From positions 1 to 29,921 of the IMG/VR virus record IMGVR_UViG_3300032320_000113: a DNA stretch of 29,921 nucleotides. The stretch is one strand, 5' to 3'. The notes under the pieces are model-generated. The model searched no databases. It was not told the DNA's origin and saw only the letters and a list, made by a program, of their open reading frames with translations. Both the position numbers and the translations under genes were made by a program. This document shows positions 18,490 through 26,482 of this stretch, one piece after another. The stretch comes from a virus (Duplodnaviria; Caudoviricetes). The stretch's first letter is position 1. The number at the start of each line of letters is the position of its first letter.

Positions 18490-18671
18490 ACTATCCTTAA
18501 CTAAATAATTAACGTAACCCCTTACGGGGGTTAGTCGGTCAGACCTGTCGCAGGGAAGGAGAAGTATGAATTAACTTCGAAGCCCGCCTTCTGACTGACA
18601 TGGTTAAATAGGATAAACCTGTAACCCCGTGTACTCACTCATGCCTAACAGTACACTTCTTCCACCTAAAA
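18490..18671. ncRNA. Highly structured intergenic element / helicase leader
   Basis: Several inverted repeats: TAACCCC-TTACG-GGGGTTA (18515-18533), GTCGGTCAGA/TCTGACTGAC (18534-18543/18590-18599), GTGTAC/GTACAC (18629-18634/18651-18656), GTTAG/CTAAC. Confidence 0.5.
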
Positions 18672-18983
18672 CTATTTCTTACGTTCTTTCTTACTTACTT
18701 CTGAAACTAAATTACCTTTTGAATCTCTTTTGAACGAACGATTCTTTGCTACTGTTTGAATCTTTAATCCATCTTTGTTAGAGCCACCTTTGTCTAGTGC
18801 TTTAACATGGGCTACATCTTTGCCTTCACGGGCATCTGCTTTCCCATTGCCATTACCATCAGGCATTTCTTTATCTATCTTGCGTCTACCACGCTGACGC
18901 TCCATCCTTCTTGGATGCTCGTTTCTAGCCTTCTCTTGTTGATATTCTTTCTTGTACGGTCTTGGTTTAGTAACGTAAGGCAT
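18672..18983 (-). CDS. HNH-like (beta-beta-alpha-Me) small basic protein, T7 gp7.7-like
   Basis: KDVAHVKALDKGGSNKDGLKIQTVAKNRS. Start placed at ATG 18983, with AAGGAG at 18989-18994 and TGATG coupling. Confidence 0.65.
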   Translation of the reverse strand: MPYVTKPRPYKKEYQQEKARNEHPRRMERQRGRRKIDKEMPDGNGNGKADAREGKDVAHVKALDKGGSNKDGLKIQTVAKNRSFKRDSKGNLVSEVSKKERKK

Positions 18984-19636
18984 CATCGCTCCTTGTGAAA
19001 TTCGCAAGTATAAACAGGACACCATCCACATAATGGTGTAGGGTTAGTTTGCCATGTATCAGTTTCATATGAGACATCCATTCTAGCTAAAATGTCATCA
19101 AACACAGCCCATAATTCTGGAATCTTATCTCTACTATATTCGCCCTCAATAAAATTATTATGGTTAATAAACAATAGCCCCGCTTTAATATTCATTACCT
19201 CGGGGAAATGCGCAAAGGTCATCAACGCCATTAACTTTAATTGTTTTACATCGGCAAATTTATAACTGCCAGTCTTGTAATCAATTATAAATGCGTCTGC
19301 TCCATCTATAATTAATAAATCTGCTATACCTCTTACCCAATAGTCCTTGCCATAACTACACGCTTCTCTATTTTTATTCAGTGCCATCCTATGCTCGGGA
19401 AACTTAGTACCGTCCATAGCAATTAAATGGTCTAAAGTTTCCTTAGCATACTGATAATTCTTTGCTAAGGGTAAACCCGAATTGACGTAATCCTCTAAAG
19501 CTTTATGCACCTCATTGCCATAAGTCATAGCTTGGGTTGGTGCTTTATAAAAGCGTTTTAGTACCTTAGTTTCCTGATATTGCTTAGGACAATTAACGTA
19601 ATCTTTAAGAGAGGAGAATGACCATGTAAAATTCAT
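18983..19636 (-). CDS. Cas4-like PD-(D/E)XK exonuclease
   Basis: SFSSL...CP, GNEVH, RGIADLL, IIDYKTG, QLKLMA, CGWCPVYTC (1+3 Cys, Fe-S staple pattern). Confidence 0.88.
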   Translation of the reverse strand: MNFTWSFSSLKDYVNCPKQYQETKVLKRFYKAPTQAMTYGNEVHKALEDYVNSGLPLAKNYQYAKETLDHLIAMDGTKFPEHRMALNKNREACSYGKDYWVRGIADLLIIDGADAFIIDYKTGSYKFADVKQLKLMALMTFAHFPEVMNIKAGLLFINHNNFIEGEYSRDKIPELWAVFDDILARMDVSYETDTWQTNPTPLCGWCPVYTCEFHKER

Positions 19637-19650
19637 CTTTACATATTACC

Positions 19651-19836
19651 TTAAACTACATCTTCTTTCAAGTATTTTTTTAACAAATAATATTTAAATT
19701 TTCGAAGTGCTTTTGCCTCAATCTCACTAACTCTGTTTCTTGATAGACCTAGAGCTAAAGCCACTTCAGTTTGTGACATAAAGCCTTCATTATTTTGTGG
19801 CTTAAGTTCTTCAGATTTATAGTCGTCCATTAGCAT
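19651..19836 (-). CDS. Stand-alone sigma70 region 4-like HTH protein
   Basis: [29 protein letters not shown] resembles RpoD 4.2 [28 protein letters not shown]. Confidence 0.75.
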   Translation of the reverse strand: [61 protein letters not shown]

Positions 19837-20012
19837 CTTCCGTCAATATCATATTTATCCCACGCTTTTTTTAATTGTAATTGATTATTCGCTCTGTCGA
19901 GTTGGTACTGTAAGTCCTTGACCATATACTCTAAATCAGAAAGTCTTCTGTCCTTGGCTTTGCACTCAGCTTGCAACTCGGCTATGGCTTGATTAAGTTC
20001 TAACTCAGTCAT
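19830..20012 (-). CDS. Small coiled-coil protein (60 aa)
   Basis: AAGGAG SD before ATG 20012; heptad pattern MTELELNQAIAELQAE... Confidence 0.7.
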   Translation of the reverse strand: MTELELNQAIAELQAECKAKDRRLSDLEYMVKDLQYQLDRANNQLQLKKAWDKYDIDGRC

Positions 20013-20022
20013 TTCTCTCTCC

Positions 20023-20100
20023 TTATTTATGGCAGTATGGGCATCTAACAAGTATGGTTAGTATCTTTGATTTACAATGTACGCAAATGTAGTTGGTCAT
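20023..20100 (-). CDS. 25-aa zinc-ribbon microprotein
   Basis: MTNYICVHCKSKILTILVRCPYCHK*; CxxC-x10-CxxC; GAGG SD and ATGA overlap with the upstream ORF. Confidence 0.6.
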   Translation of the reverse strand: MTNYICVHCKSKILTILVRCPYCHK

Positions 20101-20204
20101 TCCTCACTCGCTTTCTTTAATATTGCGGTTAGTTCTTTTGCTGACGAACAACAACATTGACTAGGTATTCTGTGGCATTTGCTACAAAAAATATTTTGGC
20201 TCAT
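20097..20204 (-). CDS. 35-aa Cys-rich microprotein
   Basis: MSQNIFCSKCHRIPSQCCCSSAKELTAILKKASEE*; ATGA overlaps at both ends. Confidence 0.55.
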   Translation of the reverse strand: MSQNIFCSKCHRIPSQCCCSSAKELTAILKKASEE

Positions 20205-20413
20205 TTCTCACTCGCTTTCTGTAAAATTTCTCTAATACATTCAAGTTGTAACCATCCAAAATTCTCTACATCAAAATACTGGTCGTACACTTCCTTTATC
20301 TCATCCTCTGTTAACTCACGCATCGTGTACAAAGGTGTCAGTTCAAACATCGGGTTAGGTGGTAACTCTTTAAACAGTACACCATGTTCTGATATGTATG
20401 CACTTGGTTTCAT
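20201..20413 (-). CDS. Hypothetical phage protein (PLYT..RELTEDEI type)
   Basis: 70 aa; ATGA-coupled on both sides. Confidence 0.7.
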   Translation of the reverse strand: MKPSAYISEHGVLFKELPPNPMFELTPLYTMRELTEDEIKEVYDQYFDVENFGWLQLECIREILQKASEK

Positions 20414-20649
20414 TTTTTCTCCCTCGCTTTAATCATTTCATCAGCTATTTCGTAAGACCAACGTGCGATATGACCGCCCAAGATTTGGATATCATCCACA
20501 GCGCCCCGTGACAATTCTCTAGCGGGTACTGTTAAAAGACTTTGCATGGCTTTACTAGCAAAGTAATCTCTTAACTCCATGCCGGTGCTTTGTTTAACAC
20601 CAACTATATTGTTGCCATAAATAGGTTCAGTACTTGGAAATGCTTTCAT
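20410..20649 (-). CDS. Small phage protein, GMxLRDYFA...YxxADxMxxAR family
   Basis: KAFP...GMELRDYFASKAMQ...SYEIADEMIKAR motif common in proteobacterial phages. Confidence 0.8.
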   Translation of the reverse strand: MKAFPSTEPIYGNNIVGVKQSTGMELRDYFASKAMQSLLTVPARELSRGAVDDIQILGGHIARWSYEIADEMIKAREKK

Positions 20650-20843
20650 CTATCGCTCCTCATTGTTCGTTTAGCTTCTTCGCATAATTTAGCGTAGTCT
20701 TTGGGTACATCAGGATGCCAACCACCAAGCAGTAGTTCGCAGTTTAATTTATATACTTCTTCCTTACGACTTATCTCTGTAAGATAAATTATAAGTCCAC
20801 AAAATGCAATCCACATACAGATAAACCAACTAAAACGGCGCAT
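20646..20843 (-). CDS. Small membrane-anchored protein
   Basis: N-terminal hydrophobic helix FSWFICMWIAFCGLIIYL, then a C...C pair (LNCELLLGGWHPDVPKDYAKLC). Confidence 0.7.
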   Translation of the reverse strand: MRRFSWFICMWIAFCGLIIYLTEISRKEEVYKLNCELLLGGWHPDVPKDYAKLCEEAKRTMRSDR

Positions 20844-20979
20844 CTTCTAACTCCACTTGTTTTACTTCTTCTTTAAAAAACTTCTTAGTCCAGCCGTACG
20901 CTTCAACAAAGTAATCAGCTTCTTCTTTACGCTTGACTATGCGTATTAGTTCTTCGTACTCGTTATATACTTTGTACAT
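20830..20979 (-). CDS. 49-aa protein ending in acidic EDAPF tail
   Basis: MYKVYNEYEELIRIVKRKEEADYFVEAYGWTKKFFKEEVKQVELEDAPF*; TAATG-coupled to the polymerase stop; fills the gap in the ORF track. Confidence 0.7.
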   Translation of the reverse strand: MYKVYNEYEELIRIVKRKEEADYFVEAYGWTKKFFKEEVKQVELEDAPF

Positions 20980-22853
20980 TAACAGTCTCCATAAGTATGT
21001 CCATAATTAGCTTCACAAGCGACGGGTAGCCCTACCGCCCAGTCTGGTGGTGTTGACATAACCTCGACAATCCATGCAAGCGCCTCTTCCGCATCATCTT
21101 TATGCACTACGCACACAGCCGCATCGTGTACCGTTAAGACAGGACGATAGCGCTCTGCCAGTTTAATCATTTGCTGACCTACGATAATCCTAGCTAACGC
21201 TTGAACCACATTCTCAACAACTGACCCGCCCCATATAGACACAAGACCTTTGCGTGATTTATAACAATACCCTCTGCTAAGTTCATCTGTATTCAGTTTG
21301 AGGTCAGGGTAACGAATATAAAGTCCGTTGGGTAACTGTAGCCCATCTTCATGTATCTTGACGCAGTTATGTTCCCCATAACTATGAGACTCAAACTCGG
21401 GTAGCCACTTACACATATTTTTAAGCGCAGTATCACCTTCTTTCCAAAGAGAAGTAATTTTGTCGTTGCTCTCTCTGTATAATTTAACTATTTCATCACA
21501 CTTATCTTTAGTAAGGTCGGCCCCGGGAGGTTGTGTCTTTAACGTGTGTTGTAACTTTAATGCGCCAGTACCGTAGCCAAGTCCTAAGATACAGGTCTTA
21601 CCCACGAACCTTTCAACAGGGTCTTTCTTAGTAATCTCTCGCTCATAAATCTTCGACGCAAACTCGGAGTAAACATCTCTCTTGTTAGCAAATGCTTGTA
21701 CGAGGTCTTCCTGACCCGCCAACCACGCAAGAACCCTCGCCTCAATTTGCGATGAGTCACAGTTGATAATGACATGGTCGTCAGGTGCAATGACTGCATT
21801 CTTAAGCGTTTTCTTTTTCTTGTCCCTTGACGGCAAGTTTTGGAAATTAACCTTGTCGCTCCCTGCCCACCTACCCGTATGCGCCCCGTAGTATTTAAGG
21901 GGGATAGGTAGTCTGCCTTTGTTCCTTGCTCCAATGTCAATGAATCGTTCAATCCTACTCTCCTCAATCGTAGACTTTGTACCTAGTCGTACTGCACAAA
22001 GATGTTGAATAAACTCATCTTCATGCTCAGTCAATGCTATGAAACCTTCATCATTCTTAGCCAACGCAAAGGTGGGTTTGCCAGTAGTTACACTATCTTT
22101 CATTGGCACTTCCACTCCTAGTTCTTTTAATAATTCGGCAAATTGTTTATTGCTTGCTAGTCTTTTACGCACGGCTTCTTCAGTATCGCAATTTAGTTTC
22201 TCTTTGAGCGTACTAAGTAGAGTTAACTTATCGTGCCGTAGTTCTTCTATTCGGTCTGTCAGCAAAGCATCATCTACCTCAAGGACAGGTTGAATGAACA
22301 TTCGTAGAGTTAAATCAATCAGGGATAATTCATCTTGCGGAAACACGCTAGACAACACTTTGTAGAGCTTAAAAGTTAGCTCCACATCATTCTTGCAGTA
22401 TTCACCGTAGGCAGTGAGTTCGGCAGTAGTGAAACCAGTTATTTGTTTACCTTCAGCTTGAACAACCTCTGTGCCTTTTACGCCTAACTTGTAACGCTCA
22501 GATAGGTACGCTAAAGAGCCACCCACATCAACACCGTTGGTAGCCCGCCCCATACATAATGTGTCTAGATAGAACTTAGGTTTAATACCAAACTTCCACG
22601 CAAGGATTGAACCATCAAATAAAGTATTATGGCAAAGAAGCTGGGAATCATCCCACGGAAGCGTGGAAAGGTATTTCTGAATGTCGATGTGCGAACCACT
22701 AAACCACTCAGTCTTGCCATCGTTCACCTTCGTGCCTACCCCAATCACCTCAAAGCGTTTGTCACGGATATACTCTTCCGTAGTTTGGTGCTTGAATCCT
22801 AACTTGATTTTTGAATCGTAGTAGGTTTCAAAGTCTATAGTAATTAAATTCAT
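20979..22853 (-). CDS. polA: Family A DNA polymerase with 3'-5' exonuclease domain
   Basis: Exo motifs IDFET, HNTLFD, YCKND; TGRWAG..NFQNLP; motif A DSSQIEARV; motif B RFVGKTCILGLGYG; motif C VHDA. Confidence 0.95.
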   Translation of the reverse strand: MNLITIDFETYYDSKIKLGFKHQTTEEYIRDKRFEVIGVGTKVNDGKTEWFSGSHIDIQKYLSTLPWDDSQLLCHNTLFDGSILAWKFGIKPKFYLDTLCMGRATNGVDVGGSLAYLSERYKLGVKGTEVVQAEGKQITGFTTAELTAYGEYCKNDVELTFKLYKVLSSVFPQDELSLIDLTLRMFIQPVLEVDDALLTDRIEELRHDKLTLLSTLKEKLNCDTEEAVRKRLASNKQFAELLKELGVEVPMKDSVTTGKPTFALAKNDEGFIALTEHEDEFIQHLCAVRLGTKSTIEESRIERFIDIGARNKGRLPIPLKYYGAHTGRWAGSDKVNFQNLPSRDKKKKTLKNAVIAPDDHVIINCDSSQIEARVLAWLAGQEDLVQAFANKRDVYSEFASKIYEREITKKDPVERFVGKTCILGLGYGTGALKLQHTLKTQPPGADLTKDKCDEIVKLYRESNDKITSLWKEGDTALKNMCKWLPEFESHSYGEHNCVKIHEDGLQLPNGLYIRYPDLKLNTDELSRGYCYKSRKGLVSIWGGSVVENVVQALARIIVGQQMIKLAERYRPVLTVHDAAVCVVHKDDAEEALAWIVEVMSTPPDWAVGLPVACEANYGHTYGDC

Positions 22854-22856
22854 ACC

Positions 22857-23159
22857 CTATACCTTAGAACCCGAACGCATAGCGCCCTGTGTTCCTTGCA
22901 TTCTAAGTTTTCCTTTATAACGGTGTTCTTCCTCAGTTTCTTCTTCTTCGGGTGGCACTAGGGTTTGCAATACCCTCTGCGCAAACTCTTCTCTTCGCAA
23001 TTGTTTTAGTCTATCAAATATCATGCCTTTCTCTGCCTCGCTCATGACATCTCTATAAAAATCGGAAAAGATGAATCTCCACTTTTCATTGCCATTATAA
23101 AATTCTTCGGGATGAGAATCCATTCTTGATAATATTACTTCTATGTTCATTGGTTGCAT
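22857..23159 (-). CDS. Hypothetical phage protein (RMDSHPEEF type)
   Basis: AAGGA SD before ATG 23159; 100 aa; lies just downstream of the terminator. Confidence 0.7.
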   Translation of the reverse strand: MQPMNIEVILSRMDSHPEEFYNGNEKWRFIFSDFYRDVMSEAEKGMIFDRLKQLRREEFAQRVLQTLVPPEEEETEEEHRYKGKLRMQGTQGAMRSGSKV

Positions 23160-23193
23160 TTTAAAATCCTTAAATAACGTGGTGTATAGTGAC

Positions 23194-23222
23194 AAAAAAG
23201 GGGAGTGCCGAAGCAACTCCCC
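23194..23222 (-). terminator. Rho-independent terminator
   Basis: Minus strand GGGGAGT(T)GC-TTCG-GCACTCCCC-TTTTTT: C-UUCG-G tetraloop and U6 tract, 11 nt after a stop codon. Confidence 0.9.
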
Positions 23223-23233
23223 AAACCAAAGCC

Positions 23234-23704
23234 TTATTTTAAATTGTTAATAGCACGATTGAGATACCATTGCGCCTTCTGTAGATTCTCTAGCTTATCG
23301 CCTTTGTGGTCTGCCCTAGCAATATACTTAATGACATTACCTAGGTGATAGCTAAGACTCTTTGCCTCGATGAAATCAATGACTTCGATCCCGCCTGTCT
23401 TGTAATGTGGAGGGTGGTTGACGTTGTCTCTCAATTCTTTTACAAACTGAACTTGTCCATTGTGGGCAATCTCTGTAAGGGGCATCTCATTTAGCGTTCC
23501 ACGGGAGGGTGCAATGCTATCTAACCCTTTCTCAATCTCATCAACTACTTCTTCTACTGAGATTTGAATAGCCTTAGCCTTGCTCATTAATACATAAGCA
23601 TACGACATTGCACATTTAAACTTCTTAGCTATCTCCCTACCTGTAGCGTTTGGGTAGTCGTGTAAATAATTTGCTACTAATAATACCTTACTGTCTTTCT
23701 TCAT
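23234..23704 (-). CDS. N-terminal HTH-like region fused to DUF3310 (SaV-like) domain
   Basis: DNVNHPPHYKTGGIEVIDFI...GNVIKYIARADHKG..ENLQKAQWYL; N-terminal ATGREIAKKFKCAMSYAY; AGGAG SD before ATG 23704. Confidence 0.85.
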   Translation of the reverse strand: MKKDSKVLLVANYLHDYPNATGREIAKKFKCAMSYAYVLMSKAKAIQISVEEVVDEIEKGLDSIAPSRGTLNEMPLTEIAHNGQVQFVKELRDNVNHPPHYKTGGIEVIDFIEAKSLSYHLGNVIKYIARADHKGDKLENLQKAQWYLNRAINNLK

Positions 23705-23705
23705 T

Positions 23706-23876
23706 TTACTTCTCCTGTTTGTGATACTTCCGTTTAACTGCAATAATACCCACATCGGGTTCTTCATACTTGCGAGCATCGAGCATATCGTCAGCGAACT
23801 CGTAGCACTCCTCTGCACTAGCCCCTGTTACTGCTCTAAACATCGCAAAACAATCTCTTAGGTCATTCTCATTCAT
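23706..23876 (-). CDS. 56-aa second member of the LRDxFA...YxxADxMxxAR family
   Basis: MNENDLRDCFAMFRAVTGASAEECYEFADDMLDARKYEEPDVGIIAVKRKYHKQEK*; AAGGAG SD upstream; absent from the ORF track. Confidence 0.75.
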   Translation of the reverse strand: MNENDLRDCFAMFRAVTGASAEECYEFADDMLDARKYEEPDVGIIAVKRKYHKQEK

Positions 23877-24153
23877 CAAACAACTCCTTCATTGTAGAAT
23901 CTAAATTATTTTCATCAACTACTCGGGCTATACCACCACCCTCTCGTATCCGTCTCATATGCTCAGCTTGTAAAGCCGTTGGCTTATTGCCGTTAGCTTT
24001 ACACTCTATCGCTATAAACTTTCCTCCATGACAAATCAGAATGTCAGGTACACCACTAGCGCCATACCCAGCAGTAAATGGCATCGTGTAATAGATTCCT
24101 CTATCAACCAACATCTTTTTTATCGTGGCTTTCACCTTGCCCTCGGGTGTCAT
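23869..24153 (-). CDS. VRR-NUC domain nuclease (putative Holliday junction resolvase)
   Basis: MTPE.....GVPDILIC..GKFIAIECKA...KPTALQ......I...GG. Confidence 0.9.
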   Translation of the reverse strand: MTPEGKVKATIKKMLVDRGIYYTMPFTAGYGASGVPDILICHGGKFIAIECKANGNKPTALQAEHMRRIREGGGIARVVDENNLDSTMKELFDE

Positions 24154-24503
24154 TACTCTCCTCTCATATGCATTAATGTTTCAGCAGTTAGTATCACTAC
24201 AAAATATGTTTCCGATGCTCTCCACCCAATTTCCCTCATAGCCTCGTTATCAGGAGTCTGATATATACTTAGCATAGTCAGGTCTGCATCATTCGATACG
24301 GCTTGATAATCAGATGCAAGTATCATTGCCATTTTAGTTTTCACTTCATCAGGTAGAGTATCTTCGTCGTACACTCGGGTAAACTTATCTGCCACAAATA
24401 TCCTGTAAGAATTATTTACCCGATGCAAAGGAACACGAAACATACCCATGTTGTATTGAGATACTATAGGACTTAACTCTGTGAGCATGGTGTCAGTAAC
24501 CAT
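24153..24503 (-). CDS. Hypothetical protein
   Basis: 111-116 aa ORF coupled to neighbours (alternative start 24488). Confidence 0.7.
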   Translation of the reverse strand: MVTDTMLTELSPIVSQYNMGMFRVPLHRVNNSYRIFVADKFTRVYDEDTLPDEVKTKMAMILASDYQAVSNDADLTMLSIYQTPDNEAMREIGWRASETYFVVILTAETLMHMRGE

Positions 24504-25417
24504 AACATATTAAAGTCAGATACATAATCTGATAAATTTATAACGTCAAGACTCTCGTTGTATCCATCCGTCTGTGGAATGTAATTTCCGTAAAAGGTTT
24601 TACCTTCGTGCGCAACTTTGTTCATCACTAGTATGGGAGATAAATCTTTGTACTTATCATGGTCAAATTCCTTTACACGCTCAAAAGGTTTTACAACTTG
24701 GTAAACATATTTCTCAGGTGTAGGCACGCTAGGTTTAACTCGCTTTACTGAGCCTACAATTAAATCATTGAACATATCTGTACCCACGCAATAAAATTCA
24801 TTATCAAAGAATCTTTCTGTATCTTTATTCTTAATATCTAATATTCTATCTGCTTCATTATATTTGTCAAGTGTATTTTTACATATTTCTAAAATATCTA
24901 GATTAGTGTTTCCCCCTATTGCAAATTTTAATAATTCGTGAACTTGTTGTGCGCTTAAAACTCTTTCTTTATTATCAACACCGTGACTGTCTCGTAGATA
25001 GCTTATACCCCTTTTCCACTCATGCGCCTGACGTCGCATAACTGAGTCCATATTAGGAATTATCCTTCCACGCTTTAGTGTAGTCATAAGTGACGCTACC
25101 TTTGCACTAAAGAATGTTTCTTTATCAGAGTTACTTCTGCCCCTATCCTTTCTATGATACGGTGAACGATAGTAATAGATTGTTTTAGTGGCATTTGTAT
25201 ATGGTTCTGTTTCTATCTCAGTCCAAACTTTGCAGACAGAAAATCCGTTAGGGTAACACAGATGAAAAGTCTGCGATTCATTTGTACTGCGTCGAAATAC
25301 TTTTAAGCCAAACTTGAAACACATTTCTATAACCAACTTCTTAGTACTCTCGTTGGCATTTAATGCGTCTACTAATTCGGGGGTATGATACCCCTCGAGA
25401 ATCATCTTCTCAATCAT
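24473..25417 (-). CDS. Hypothetical protein (314 aa)
   Basis: Long ORF with AAGGAG SD; no recognised motif. Confidence 0.8.
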   Translation of the reverse strand: MIEKMILEGYHTPELVDALNANESTKKLVIEMCFKFGLKVFRRSTNESQTFHLCYPNGFSVCKVWTEIETEPYTNATKTIYYYRSPYHRKDRGRSNSDKETFFSAKVASLMTTLKRGRIIPNMDSVMRRQAHEWKRGISYLRDSHGVDNKERVLSAQQVHELLKFAIGGNTNLDILEICKNTLDKYNEADRILDIKNKDTERFFDNEFYCVGTDMFNDLIVGSVKRVKPSVPTPEKYVYQVVKPFERVKEFDHDKYKDLSPILVMNKVAHEGKTFYGNYIPQTDGYNESLDVINLSDYVSDFNMLWLLTPCSQS

Positions 25418-25441
25418 TTCACTTCTCCTTGGTTGGTTAAA

Positions 25442-26482
25442 TTAATACTGTTGTAATTCGTTACCTTGTAAGTCTACTAACTTTATACCCCATTCGCTAG
25501 GTGGGTAATAGCGCCCAGCAGTATATTCTATTTCTTTCATTACTGACTTGTTTTCCCGATACAATTCCTTGTTCAGTTTCCTCTTCAAGTTATTAAAAAG
25601 GTTATCAAGCTGGTCATTGTAGTGTTTCATACCAGCTTCGTGATACATTCTAACTCTGCGATAGAACTCGCCTACGTTATGAGCCATGGCAAATAGTAAT
25701 CCACAGTCCAGTGGAGTGTTATTCTTCTCTCTGTGGGCTGTAGCAAGGAATTTCTTTTCTAATTCGGGCGATAAGTAATATGTTTTTAAATCTGCGCCAT
25801 TCTCTAGGGCTACCTCGACACCAGTTTCTAACAGACTCTTAGTATCCATCGCTTGCATCATAACCTCGCACACCTTGTAGAAGTCTGCGTATCCACTAAG
25901 AAACTCATTACCCTTCTTACGGTCTACTCGATACCCAAACAACTTGTATTGCGAACTTTCATGTACTTCCCATGTATCGCAGTCTACTCGCAGTCCTCGG
26001 AAGATAGGATGCATGATGCCACCTTGGTCATTCCAATGCTCCCTAAATATCATTCCACCCTGCCGTGAGTTAGTAGATAGTACGCCCACAGACCAAGATG
26101 ACATAATCATATTTTCGCCTTGTCCATAGCTTTTCTTTGCGGTGAACTCAAAAGTATTATCTTGTCGCACTATGCCTAACTCTTTTGGTGTGGTTGAATA
26201 TTTACTATATCTATGAGGTGCGTTATCGTCTACCCAAGTATGTTCACGATAGTGACTATCAGTCTTAAAATTAGCTAGATACTCTTCCTTAGAAACAGAT
26301 TCGGTGTCGTATTCAAATCCGTAAAAGATACGATATATCTTCTCGCCATCTAACTCGTCTATAGTAAATACTTTTGTGTTATGAGTTCTTTTACTGATAG
26401 GATACCTAGGTGGGTTACTAGCTCTGTAAGGTTTAATAATATCTGCTATGTGATTCAGTCTTGCCGTGTTTAATGCTTTCAT
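25442..26482 (-). CDS. Hypothetical protein (346 aa)
   Basis: GGAGG SD before ATG 26482 (MKALNTARL); no recognised motif. Confidence 0.8.
   Translation of the reverse strand: MKALNTARLNHIADIIKPYRASNPPRYPISKRTHNTKVFTIDELDGEKIYRIFYGFEYDTESVSKEEYLANFKTDSHYREHTWVDDNAPHRYSKYSTTPKELGIVRQDNTFEFTAKKSYGQGENMIMSSWSVGVLSTNSRQGGMIFREHWNDQGGIMHPIFRGLRVDCDTWEVHESSQYKLFGYRVDRKKGNEFLSGYADFYKVCEVMMQAMDTKSLLETGVEVALENGADLKTYYLSPELEKKFLATAHREKNNTPLDCGLLFAMAHNVGEFYRRVRMYHEAGMKHYNDQLDNLFNNLKRKLNKELYRENKSVMKEIEYTAGRYYPPSEWGIKLVDLQGNELQQY

Noticed and set aside
18490-18671. Known self-cleaving ribozyme or tRNA in the structured intergenic region
   Set aside because: I could not match hammerhead, twister, pistol or tRNA consensus by eye; kept only as an unclassified structured element.
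18672-18983. HNH-like gene as a mobile homing endonuclease or intron
   Set aside because: Flanking genes are intact and translationally coupled, no intron core is visible, and the motif is atypical (DVAH), so mobility is unsupported.
18983-19636. Cas4-like gene as evidence of a CRISPR system
   Set aside because: No repeat-spacer array or other cas genes; stand-alone Cas4-like exonucleases are common in phage replication modules.
21584-21967. 127-aa alternative-frame ORF inside the polymerase (also 15971-16165 and 27771-27974)
   Set aside because: Overlaps conserved catalytic regions, has no convincing SD, and the sequence looks like an off-frame read.
23160-23195. Sigma70 promoter after the terminator (TTGTCA on the minus strand)
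   Set aside because: No convincing -10 hexamer at 16-18 nt spacing.
23705-23818. Upstream extension of the DUF3310 ORF to 23818 (also the track starts at 19031, 20051, 23216 and 26545)
   Set aside because: Downstream ATGs have good SDs, and the extensions overlap other coupled ORFs or a terminator.
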